Shown here one piece after another: positions 12,101 through 23,560 of a stretch of DNA of 64,000 nt. Positions within the stretch are counted from its first letter, which is position 1. Each line of letters begins with the position of its first letter. The position numbers and the translations under genes are program-made. The notes under the pieces were generated by a model. The model searched no databases, was not told the DNA's origin, and was given only the letters and a program-made list of their open reading frames with translations. This DNA comes from Vitrella brassicaformis CCMP3155 (taxonomy: Eukaryota > Protista > Chromerida), in contig CDMY01000287.1 of the NCBI GenBank assembly GCA_001179505.1, positions 69,598-133,597 on the forward strand, given 5' to 3'.

Positions 12101-14120
12101 GTGTCGCTATCCATCAAGGGCGGCCTGCTGGAGGGCTACATCGCGTCAGAGGGCCGCAACGCCACCATCCTCGTCCACATGGCGAGCGCCGAGTGGACCC
12201 ACGCGGCCGTGCGCTTCCTCGGCGGCGACCGAACCTTCTGCCTCTTCGTCAACGGCAAGCTCATCGCCACAGAAGAAACCGAATTCGATGCCATCGCCGC
12301 GAAGTCCGACAACGCCGCTTTCGGGGCCTACCTCCCGGCGTCTCCCTCTGCCGATGGCCATGACCACGAGCCGTCATCTTTCTTTTCCGGCCTGGTCGAC
12401 GACGTCCGTGTCTACGCCTTTCACGAGACCATCCACGACGACGTGCTGGCGTCACAGGGGCGGCTCCTCGCGGAATGGACGTTCGATGACACCTTCAACG
12501 ACACCAATGCGGAGACAAACGGCACTCTCAAGAGGGAAGGGGAGAAGGAAGAAGCCGATGAGGAGACGGACGATGCACAAGAGACGGCGTTGAGTGAGGA
12601 CGCGCCTCAGGGTGCGAAGGCGGTCGTGCTGGACGGGGAGAGCACCTGGATGGACATCAGTGGGGACCTCATTACGCGGCGATTCTCCGCCTTGTCTTTG
12701 GCGTTTTGGATGAAGCCTGGAGGGGAGGACGGATTCATTGCAAGGGTGGCGAAGTGGAATGAGTCCATGGTCATATTTGACCAGGGTGGCGAGTCTGCAG
12801 GAGTGTCTGTGCGTCTGGTTCCCATCAACAACACTCTCGACGCTGCCATCTCAAGCTCAGACGACGACCGGCACCTCCTCTCTGTCCCCTTCACCATCTC
12901 CCTCTACCCCTACGAGCACACCCCGGGGTGGACACACGTCACCGTCACCTTCGACGGCACCAACAACGGCCTCTTCGCCATCTATATCAACGGCACCCAG
13001 GCGGCCAGCGTCGAGACGGGGCTCGACATGGTCCCCCACTCCGACGAGAACAACAGTGCCATCGGCAGGGCGCATGGCACCACGGCGTTCGGCCCCCTCT
13101 ATGAACCGTACGAGGTGCGAATGGCGCGGCAAGAGCTGGAGAGGCTGGCAGAGCTCGCTGAAGATGAAGACGAGAATGGCGACGAAGGCGAGAACGAAGA
13201 CGAGGAAAGGAGAGAACTTGCGCATATCGCAATCGGTACCCCCTCCACCCGTCCCCCCTGTCACGCAGACACCCATATGTGTCGGTTCGATTCATGTGCA
13301 GTGCCCGAGGAGGGGGAGCACGACAGAGGCCCCAGCCACCCCAGTGGCGGCAAGCACACAAACGAGGCGGCAACAAGCGACAACGACACCATCGCGGTCA
13401 ACAGCACGTTGGTGACGGTTGAGGGCGAGGAGGCCGAGGACCCGTTGCCGCCATGGGGGTTCTATGAGGGGCTGCTGGACGACGTGGCTCTGTGGGACAT
13501 GGCACTGCCCGAGTCGGCGGTGGCCGACCTCTATGCCAATTCACTCATCCAAAAGTATGCTGGTAGGCCAGGCCATTGACGCACAGACACACGCATACAC
13601 ACATTGGGTGTGTGTGTGTGTGTACGTGTGTGTGTGTCCCTCTCTCTCTCTGTGTGGGTGTTGGTGCGCAGGGCTTGAGTGGGACCTGCCCGGCTTCCAC
13701 TGGACACAGAAGTTCACCTACCGAGCGAAGAGGCAACAAAGAGAAGAAAAGAACAAGACCCACACGGACAACCACACCCACACCCACCCCTCCCTGACAA
13801 ACGACACAACACACCCATCCGAGCGCGATAAGAACAACTCCTCACAGCCGACTGGCTTTGCCCTGCTGCTGCAGCAGACGCGGCAACGCGCTGACAACAA
13901 CGGCTCCCATGTGCATGGGGGCGGTGGGAATGGTAGCGAGACACATGCTGTTAGTAATACTAAGAGAGGAGGGGTGATGGTCGATGCGGGTATTGGTGGT
14001 GGGGGTGGTGGCGGCGGCGAATTCGGCGGTGCGTGTAGGTGTAGGTGCCGCTGCTGGAGGGGGGGCAAGCTCTTCGGTAGTGTGTTGTTAGTACTAGCGC
14101 TTCTGGTAATGTCTGTCTAG
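7972..14120 (+). CDS. Family S1 (formylglycine-dependent) sulfatase with signal peptide, acidic spacer, two LamG/concanavalin-like domains and a C-terminal hydrophobic anchor
   Basis: [23 protein letters not shown]; [15 protein letters not shown]; [24 protein letters not shown]; [10 protein letters not shown]|HMG; [16 protein letters not shown]; [39 protein letters not shown]; GKSLRPLF; [15 protein letters not shown]; ends [17 protein letters not shown]. Confidence 0.88.
11757..13560 (+). other. Two tandem Laminin_G_3/concanavalin A-like lectin domains inside the sulfatase gene
   Basis: [32 protein letters not shown], and [48 protein letters not shown]. Confidence 0.75.
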
Positions 14121-14655
14121 TGTATGTGTCTGTAGGTACCTCTGTATCTCTGTATCTCTGTGTTTGTGTCCATCTGTACTTGTCTGTATTTCTGTGTGGG
14201 TCCATATTTGTCCACTATATATAGGTCGGTCGTCGGCTGCCTGCGGGTCGGCCTCGCTCTCTCTCCCTCTCTCTCGGCTCTCTCTCTGCCTTTTTCTGCT
14301 CTGTCTTTTTTTGTCAAGAGCCGTCCACGGCAGTCAGCCTTTTTCTTGGCAATTAGTGGATGGATGGATGGATGGATGGATGTGTTGCCTCCCTGCCGAT
14401 TTGTTATTACGCATGGAGTCAAGACAGACGGTGCCAGCCAAGGTGCATAGTGAGTGAGCTGCATGTGCATGACGCTTTATTATGGGTCTCACATGACGCG
14501 ACAATTAACAGTTCTAACCGCATGAGCCGTCCGTCCCCTCCGCCCCTCACACAAACCCGCACAGGCAAAAATTCTCTCTCTCTCTCTCTCTCTCTCAACC
14601 TCATTGTCAGACCATAGACCAACACACCCACGCCCGACACTCTCCTTGCGACAGA

Positions 14656-15773
14656 TCATCTCTTCTCGCGGTAGACCTCCGGCTCTTGCAAGCTCTTAAG
14701 AATGCCAAGACACACTGAGCACCCCAGCGTCGCCTGCGGACACACACATAACCCCAACACACACCCATGTTGATGAGCGAATCGTACAAGCGTCCATTTG
14801 TGTGCGAATCGTACGATTAGCGACGGTGTGAGAAGCGGCACGATGTACTCGTCGATGGAGGCTTTGACGTTGGCCGGCAGGTCCGTGCCGGTCGCCACGG
14901 CATAGGCCTCCACACCCACACTCACACCCCCCAATATCAACGCCACGATGCCAGCCAATATGCCTCCACACACACACAGCAGGAGCGTCAGAGGTACGAC
15001 ACCTCGGCGCACGCTCCATGTCACGCTCACCAGCGAAGAAGGTCCCCTCGGCCGCCACTTGGACGGGGAAGGGCACGTAGTTGTCGAGCTTGAATCCTCC
15101 GCCCCCCTCCCTGCTCTCTCTGAATATGTTGGCGAGGTACTTGTCCTCACTCCGCTGCACAGCCTGCCGCCTGCCCCGGGCCTCCTCGGCCTCGTCCTTC
15201 AGCACACCATACTTCTCAAATATCTTACGCTCGCTGTCCACAGCAGCACTGGCAGGGGGGTCTTCCGCTGATGGGTCAGAAGGAGAGGGAGGAGGCGATG
15301 GCGGGACGGCTGTGCCTGGTGGTGGGCGGGGCTTGGAGGCCTGTGCTCGCCGCCTCTCACGAACGCGACTGCATTCAAACAGACAGCAGGCACGCAACAT
15401 ACAGATGCTGCATTCGTTCATGATCGTCTGCCGCTCACTCCTTTGGATCTCGAAAGCCTCTCTTGCCACCAGCCCCGGGTGCCCTCGCCCTCCTGCCCCT
15501 GCTCTTGCCGGCCTCCTTCTCGTCCACCACATCTCGTGTGACAGTGGCCTGCTCGCCCTCCCGAGCAGCTGACCAGCGACGAACACTCGCAGCACGCGGC
15601 TGCTGCAAAGATGGCAATACAGATAATGGCTGGAATGCGGTCCTCGATGGGGATCTACGCAGGGCGGATGAAAGACATAGGGACTGCGGCAGGGATAGGG
15701 GCAGGAGCAGCAAAGGGAACTGCAGCATTGCCAGGAAAGAGCCAAACAGGTGCTGCTGCTGCAGAGCCACCAT
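14656..15773 (-). CDS. Hypothetical membrane protein with a probable bipartite plastid-targeting leader
   Basis: Hydrophobic N-terminus (MVALQQQHLFGSFLAMLQFPLLLLPLSLPQSLCLSSA) followed by a Ser/Arg-rich transit-like stretch (RRSPSRTAFQPLS). In-frame splice PKD|RVRERR. Hydrophobic segments GILAGIVALILGGVSVGVEAY and LGCSVCLGILKSLQ. Confidence 0.55.
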
Positions 15774-15922
15774 CCTACGCCGTCCGGCACGTGTACCTGC
15801 ACACACAAATGAAAGCACGCGATAATTGCTGATGGATTCGCATTGTGCATTCGAGCAGGCGCTTCGTGTGCCTCTCCACCTTTTTGGAGAGGGTTCTTCC
15901 CGCCCTCGCCGTCTGCGAGCTC

Positions 15923-15959
15923 AAACCCGAAAACCCTGCATATCTAAACCCTAAACCCT
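15923..15959. promoter_or_regulatory. Telo-box-like (AAACCCTA) cluster upstream of the plastid-protein gene
   Basis: aaacccgaaaaccctg...ctaaaccctaaaccct, about 150-190 bp upstream of the ATG at 15773. Confidence 0.3.
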
Positions 15960-16299
15960 TGACTCGAACAAATAACACACACTCGCTCCCCGTGTCTTCC
16001 CCTTGTTGGAAAAGACCAAACATCCAGTTCTGGATGGCCGAGACATGTTTGGAGGCTGCATGTCGACACTCACCCCACCCCATCTGCTCTCGCTTCGCTG
16101 TGTCTCGTGTGCGGTAGGGGAGAAAGTTGTGTGTTACGGCGGCAAGGAGATGAAACAGAGCCGTAGCAAAAGGTCCTGGTACATGAACGCCACACGAAGG
16201 CATCGGATATGATCGACTCACAAGGTGTGTCTTAGTGTCCAAGACGCATCACGACAGTATTCACACTCAAGCCACAAAGGCATGAACGCATCAAACCAC

Positions 16300-16806
16300 C
16301 TATGTGATAGATGCATACAATGGACAGACCCGTTGCAAAATAGCCAAGCCAACGATATAAAATGTAGGCAACGATTGCCTGGTTGTTCTTATTCCATAAT
16401 GAAACACCACTTGCACAAACTCGCCCTGGACAAGTCGGATCTGCACACACACACACACATGAACAGAGGAATTTGAAGTTTTTCCTTCGCCTTCTGTCTC
16501 TCTGGGTGTGTTGGGTACATACCTCTGCAGGGTCACAGGTTCTGCAGATGTTGCTGACGTGGGCCAAGGTGTACTGGCGGTTCCTGAAGGTCATGGTGCT
16601 CATCTTGGTGTTGAGGAGGATGCACAGCGCGGCCGCATTGCCCGCCGGGGACAGCCTGTCGATGACCACGTCCAGGCTGGCAGCATGCTGGGCCAGCAGC
16701 GAGTCTTTGGCGCGCAGCCACTTGACGAGGCTCTTGGTGTTCTCTGACCCGCCCTTCATCTCGAGGATCTTCTGCAGGACGACCTCGACAAACGTGTCAT
16801 TCATGG
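16300..16806 (-). pseudogene. Truncated COP9 signalosome subunit 3 (CSN3)-like N-terminal fragment, fused to upstream exons
   Basis: MNDTFVEVVLQKIL..SLVKWLRAKDSLLAQHAASLDVVIDRLSPAGNAAALCILLNTK..HVSNICRTCDPAE|IRLVQGEF resembles the CSN3 N-terminus (LLAKNLSHLDTVLGAL..FISTCNGEQIRY, from memory). Stop at 16300-16302; no PCI domain is visible. Confidence 0.6.
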
Positions 16807-16889
16807 CTGACGCGCACAGAGACCAGGGACCGACAGACAGATCAGTGTTCTGGCCTCGCTTCCCGTCCCAACACCCCACACAGCACGGT

Positions 16890-18855
16890 CCTCTACGTAC
16901 CGTGCTGCTGCTGCTCCTGATGGTGCCCGTGCTTGTGATGGTGCCCGTGCTTGCTGCACACCACAACATACACACCCACCCACACACACACCAGGCATGT
17001 GCACTCATTCATCCCGATTCCACCCCAGGGTGAGCGTGTCTGGGCTGTCTGCCTTTCTCACCTCAGGAAGCTACGATATAGCTTGGACTTCGGGTTGTAC
17101 AACACCATTGTGCGTCGTCGTGCTGCTGCTGCTCGGGCCTGGCGCGTGGGGGGCTGCTGGGTCTCGCGCGATGGCTCAGCGGCCTCGGTTGGCGACGATG
17201 GCTCAGCGGCCTCGGTTGGCGATGACAGAGCAGCCGCGCCGCGCTCATTTGTGTCCAATGGCGGCCGTGGTGGTGCAGGCGGTAGTGGGGTGCAGGCGGT
17301 AGCGGCGCCGCCGAATCCGCCCGTGGGAAGAGGGCACCGGCGGCTGCACCGAAGCTATCCGTGCATCCAGATGTTGTGGTGGTGGTGGTAGCTGTTCTGG
17401 CGGCGGCGTGGGGATGGAGGAGGGCGCGGCGGGCGGAGCTGGAGGTCCAGGACGACGTTGCAGGCTGGCGGGCGGAGGCTCGACAGGCTCCCAGAGCTCA
17501 GGAGGAATCGCCACGTCGCCGTCGTCTTCCTGCAGAGGCACGGAGAGACTTGCATGTTGTGTGCCCTCCCGAACCGTGCATGGTGTCGTATCCTTTGGTA
17601 CCGGTTCAGATGGATCGAATGTCCAAGGCGACGTGGGCGTCGCGGTGGGCCAGGGCTCTCGCGCTGGGGTAACGATGATCTCGGGGGGGTTGAGCCTCTG
17701 AGCCACACACACACACACAGCACAAACAAATGTTTCGATGAAGTCTGTCTGTTTACTTTGAGCGCCAGCAACTCCTCCCGATACACGTTGAGCTCCATGC
17801 TGTGGACATGCACCCACGCACGCGACACACGGGTGAACGCATGTGTGCCAATTCGAGTGCACCCACTTACATGAGCAGGTCATTCTTCATTTGGCTCTTC
17901 TCGAGTCTCGCCTGCAGGTCCACCTGCTCCGTCGCGCACCCCTGAGTGAACACACGATAGGCACGCCCACACACAGCATTCCCTCACTCGTGTCATTCGT
18001 GTGTTTATGCTTCTGTGCTGGCTGAGTAGATAAGTCGACTTACATCCCTCTCGTCGATCTGCTTCCTTAGCCGCGAGATGTCCCTCTCTGCCTCCTGCAC
18101 GTAGCGAAGGAAGTGCCTCGTCAGGTCGTCAATGACACGTGACCTCATGGCGTCCTTCGTCTCGTACTCGGCCCTCTCGGTCTCGAGCCTGTCTTTCTCT
18201 ACGGGCCTACAGCACAAGCATGCCATCTTCTGCTTGGAATTCTAGATCTTTGCTGCGCTCCAACCGACGACGCAAGAGACAACATGCCGTGTCGATGCAT
18301 GCAAGCAGGGCGGTGCCTCTCACTGACGCCCAGCGAATGTCTTGTAGCGCATCGTGGGGAAACCTCCGCCCGTCGCGTCCGAAAGAAGGCGTTGACATCC
18401 TCTACCTGTCTGCAGTCAGCTGTAAGGCTCAACTCACTGCTTACCACTTTTGAAAGGTCCGTGCGCGAGATTTAAACAAGAGGCCCAAGGATATAAAACG
18501 TAGGCAGCAATTGAGCGGCCTCAGCCGCCTGCACAAATGCAGACAGGCAGAATCATCGATGCGCTAAGAAATCTGGACGTAGCGTACCTGGCTCCCCAGG
18601 AGCGAAAACGTCGATCCACGCATCGAAACTCGCCCGTACTTGTCCTGAATACGTCCAAGTAGTAACAGCCACAAAGCACTCCGCATTTTTGTAATGCTGC
18701 ACAGATGTACACAAACCGTGACGGCGGTGCTCGCCAATGATGCCTGCATCACACAAGAGGATCGGCACGTGTGTTATGGTTGCGTAGGCGGGCGGGGTGT
18801 GCCGATGTGCATACCCGTCGTGCTTCGGCATCCTTCTTTTTCTTCTCCTCGTCGG
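16890..18855 (-). CDS. Hypothetical coiled-coil plus Pro-rich multi-exon protein (gene A), possibly frame-disrupted
   Basis: Exons EKDRLETERAEYETKDAMRSRVIDDL..ISRLRKQIDERD, GATEQVDLQARLEKSQMKNDLL, MELNVYREELLALK, RLNPPEIIVTP, EDDGDVAIPPELWEPVEPPP, MVLYNPKSKLYRSFL. Paralogous exons at 54300-56220. Confidence 0.45.
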
Positions 18856-18929
18856 CTGCAGTGTCATAAACAAACACACACAAAGAGATAAGTCTGTGTT
18901 GAGCCGCCTTTGCCTATAAGCACATACCC

Positions 18930-19990
18930 TCTCTGGCCAATTGTTGTTGCTGCTGATGCTGGTCCTGCTCCTCCCTCTGCTTGCGCCTGGCCTCTGCAGA
19001 GAGAATCAATCCCATGTGTGTGGGGAAAGAGGTGCGTCTTGTTATTCTCTCACGTACCCCTCTCCTCCAGCTGCCGCAGCCACTCCCTCTCTCGCCGTCT
19101 CTCCTCTGCACACCATCCATCCATCCATCCATCATAAAGAAAACAATCTGCATGTGTATGCATCCCTCCTGACCCACCGGCCTCGTGCTGCACCTGCTGG
19201 ACCTGATTGACAGATGACAGATAGACATACATGGGGAGGGGCGTGTGTGCAGTCGAGTTGATGATACATACCTGGATGGCCGCCGGCTGGTGCTGGTCGT
19301 CCTGCTGCTCGTCGTCCTGCTCGTGCTGGTCGTGGGGGCTGCTGGTTGTCTTGGGGCGAGGGTCGAATATATGGGTCACAGGATATAAAATGTAGACGGC
19401 GATTTTCTTCTGAGACCATATGAGCAAACATATACGACCGTCGACAGGATGTTTGTGCACACATTGGGGGCCTGTCTGGTCACTCAGCCACACGTACCTT
19501 GCTGCCCCTCCTCCTGCTCCTGCTGGCCCTCCATCTGGGACTCGGCCTCCTGCTGCTCCTCGTCTGCAGACAGGCCAGACACCCAATTTCATTTGTGTAA
19601 CAGCCGTCCGTATCCGTCAGTGGGCCCACTGACCGCTGCCGCCGGCGAAGGGGATTTCATCGCCGTAGTTGCCCAAAAACCAGTTAGGGTGGCTGTGGAC
19701 GGGGTGGGCGTATTGCTGGTTGAAGCCCACCCACCAGATGTCTGCATCAATCGGTACACACAGCCCAACACACAAGGGGTGTCTGCGTGCACAGTGATGT
19801 GTCGCCCCCACACACACAGACATACCCTCGGGCTCTTCGTCGGTCCCCTCCCGCTCGGCCAGCTCCACGGCTGCAGCACCATAGACACAGTGAGCACATC
19901 CATCTCTGCCGTGTACGATGATCACTGATTGATTCCTCCTACCAGCTTGCATCTTGGCCGTCAGGCAGGCAGGCAGGCAGGCAGGCAGAG
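18930..19990 (-). pseudogene. Micro-exon family unit (middle cassettes only, including the Trp/His cassette)
   Basis: Exons AVELAEREGTDEEPE, DIWWVGFNQQYAHPVHSHPNWFLGNYGDEIPFAGGS (19634-19741), DEEQQEAESQMEGQQEQEEGQQ, ..QPAAIQ. No terminal CC exon is seen. Confidence 0.55.
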
Positions 19991-20345
19991 AGCCAGACAG
20001 ACAGACAGATAGACAACCNNNNNNNNNNNNNNNNNNNNNNNNNNNNNNNNNNNNNNNNNNNNNNNNNNNNNNNNNNNNNNNNNNNNNNNNNNNNNNNNNN
20101 NNNNNNNNNNNNNNNNNNNNNNNNNNNNNNNNNNNNNNNNNNNNNNNNNNNNNNNNNNNNNNNNNNNNNNNNNNNNNNNNNNNNNNNNNNNNNNNNNNNN
20201 NNNNNNNNNNNNNNNNNNNNNNNNNNNNNNNNNNNNNNNNNNNNNNNNNNNNNNNNNNNNNNNNNNNNNNNNNNNNNNNNNNNNNNNNNNNNNNNNNNNN
20301 NNNNNNNNNNNNNNNNNNCACACAGCACAGCGTCACACAGCACAT

Positions 20346-20924
20346 TCATCGGCAGCAGCTCTTCACCGACGGCCCTGGTCACAGAGAGAGAGATGAACAG
20401 AAGGGACCGATACAAATCTACCCCTCAGTAAATGTGCCCGTGTGTCTGGACATCTTACGGCGACGTGCAGCGGGCTGGATAGGTGAGGGCCCGACAGCCT
20501 GACAGACAAGACACCAGGCACAGAGAAACAAACATGGCTGAGATGCGGACACCATTGCTGAGCAGTTCCTCTGGTCACTCCACCCACCAGCAGCCGGTAG
20601 CCGACTGTGCATCTGATGGTCCGCTGACAACACACAGCAGGGAGCAAACGCATTGATGAGAACATCAGCCATTGATGCATTCACAGTGTTCTCACCACCA
20701 TGGTGGGCGGGCGCACCTCCGTCCACGCTTGGCTCCACAGGTACATGTACACCTTGGGCTGCACAGACCGACAGACGACAGATGGATAAACATGGAGGGA
20801 GGGAGGGAGGGAGGGAGGGGCGTGCGTGCAAATGGGGGGATACCTGAGTGGAAGCCGGCTGCTGCTGCTCGTGCTGCTGCTGCTGCTCAACGGCCTGCCT
20901 CTCCCTCTCGGCCGCCTCCTCTGC

Positions 20925-20955
<31 letters not shown>

Positions 20956-22860
20956 GACCATACGAACAAAGAATTTCGACAGGGTTTTTGTGCACACACA
21001 TTCGGCCAGCCCGTGTGCTTGCTGGTCGTCCTGGGGCGCGGGTCGAATATATGGGTCACAGGATATAAAATGTAGACGGCGATTTTCTTCTGAGACCATA
21101 TGAGCAAACATATACGACCGTCGACAGGGTGTTTGTGCACACATTCGGGGTCTCTCTGGTCACTCAGTCACACGTACCCTCCTGCCTCTCCTCCTGCTGC
21201 TGTTCGTAGTGCTCCTGCTGGGCCATGCGCGGCTGCGGCGCTGCTCATCCTCCTCGTGGGCCATCGCGCGGCGGTGCTGCTCGGCGGCCTCCTCCTCGGC
21301 CATCTGGCGACGCTGCTCTCCTCCTCGTGGGCCATCGCGCGGCGGTTCTCCTCCTCGGCCATGAGGCGGCGCTGCTCCTGCTCGGCGGCTTCCTTCTCGG
21401 CCATCTGGCGGCGCTGCTCCGCCTCTTCCTGCATGCGGTGGCGCTCGGCGGCCTCCTGGTCCTCGTCTGCAGACACGACAGCCGACAGCCACCATGGCAC
21501 GTGTCCGTATGTGAGAGCTGGTATCATTGGCATACCAGCTGCGCCCTTGATCTCGCCCTCTGCAGAGAGAAGACGGCACCAGAGTGACACGCAGCACATG
21601 TGTGTGGGTTTGTCGATATTCATGTGTGGCCTCGCACCCACCGTCGTTGAGCTGCCCGCCCTCGTGGTCGGGGATGTCTCCCCGCTCCTCGAACCACTGT
21701 ACGAATTCACCTTGATCCTGGCGCTGTTGCTGCACCTGACCAACCAGCCACACACAGGCCACAAAAGGGCAATGTGTGTGTGTGTGTGTGTGTGAGTGTG
21801 TGTGTTTGAGTGCGTCACGACAGTGCTGATTCTCTCGTGTGTGCATACCTTGGCCTTGGCGGTGGGCGAGGCGGGGAGTTCCCTAAAAAAAAAAAAAAAG
21901 GGCGGGGAGGGACTCCTGCACACATGGGAGACAACGGGACGATCGTCAGAGTGTTTGGCTGCCCTTCTTGTCATTCTGGCTCACGTACCTTTGTCGACAT
22001 CGTCCCCATCGCCCCCTGCACACACACGACAACACACGCAGACAGCAGCAATGGGTACCTGACTTGTTTCAGATTTTCTTTTGTTCCCGAACCATTGATG
22101 GCTTGTCCTTGGTGGTGTCGTTGGTGGTGTCGCCCTGGCCTGCACACACAGCCACACCCCACGCACATCCATCCATCCGTCCATCCATCCATCCGTCCAT
22201 CGACAGCTGCATGGTTTGTGTATTCACACCTGCTGCCTCCTGCTCGTCAGCATCCTTGTCAGCTGCACAAATGGAAGCACACAGCAACCACAACGAGTGT
22301 GTTTGTCATGTGTGGCTGGACTCCATATCTCTCACCCGCTCCGCGCTGGTCCTGTTGGTGCTTGATGCCGCCGAACGCCAGCACCTGCTCCATGCGGTGG
22401 GCTGCATACAGTCACACAAACGAATACCGACAGACAATCTCCCGCACTCCACAGCACGCACACATACCGGCGGCTTCCTTGTCGGTGTCCTGCTCTTGAA
22501 GGGCCATCTCGCCCTCCCGCAGGTAGGCCCAGATGGGCCCGCGCTGCTCCTCCTCCTCGTCGGCCATCGCGCGGCGCTCGGCCGCCTCCCGCTCCTCCCC
22601 TGCAGACAGACACGACAGCCACCCATTATGACACACCCCAGTATGTGAGTGTTCGTGTTCCCCTCACACCCACACATACCAGCGGCCTTCTTCTTCTTGA
22701 TGGCTGTATCGGTCGGCAACACAGACAGGTGCCACATGCGCACACAGCCATGGACACGTGTGTCTGCGGCTATGTGGTCACGCACTAGACGTACCTGCCT
22801 GCACCTGCTCCTGCTGCTCAGCCGCCAGTTGCAGCGACGCCTCATAGTGCTCCTCCTCTG

Positions 22861-22892
<32 letters not shown>

Positions 22893-22950
22893 ACAACCGA
22901 GCCGCTAACCATCACGCGCGTCGCTCTCTCAGTGTTTGTTCGTCCCCGTC
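20346..22950 (-). pseudogene. Micro-exon family unit with long Glu/Arg repeat, tail ending SVKSCCR*
   Basis: Tail exons PKVYMYLWSQAWTEVRPPTMV|RTIRCTVGYRLL|AVGPSPIQPAARR|PSVKSCCR*. Frameshifts lie in the repeat exon and at the poly(A) insertion. Confidence 0.6.
21870..21909 (+). mobile_element. Minimal poly(A) insertion with a 9-bp target-site duplication
   Basis: GGCGGGGAG-ttccct-A15-g-GGCGGGGAG. Paralogous exons near 35340 and 63680 carry a single copy of the site. Confidence 0.6.
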
Positions 22951-23560
22951 CGTTTCGCACCGAGCTGCTTAGACCGCCGGATCATGGCCCTCTGACGGTC
23001 CCTCTCTGCAGACAGTCGTGACAGCCGCACACCATGACATGACAAACGTGTGGATAGATATCATAGGCCTCTGTCTGTTTGCACCCGCATCGCATACCTT
23101 CTGGCGTGCCCTCGCCACGCACCAGCGACTTCAGCGCTTCCCAGGCTGCATGCCATGCATGGGTCGACAGACACAGGACAGAAAGAGACGGCTCTGTGTT
23201 TGCTGTCGACCCTCTCTGTGGGGGGCGGGGGGGGGGGGGGGNNNNNNNNNNNNNNNNNNNNNNNNNNNNNNNNNNNNNNNNNNNNNNNNNNNNNNNNNNN
23301 NNNNNNNNNNNNNNNNNNNNNNNNNNNNNNNNNNNNNNNNNNNNNNNNNNNNNNNNNNNNNNNNNNNNNNNNNNNNNNNNNNNNNNNNNNNNNNNNNNNN
23401 NNNNNNNNNNNNNNNNNNNNNNNNNNNNNNNNNNNNNNNNNNNNNNNNNNNNNNNNNNNNNNNNNNNNNNNNNNNNNNNNNNNNNNNNNNNNNNNNNNNN
23501 NNNNNNNNNNNNNNNNNNNNNNNNNNNNNNNNNNNNNNNNNGGGGGGGGGGGGGTACCGG

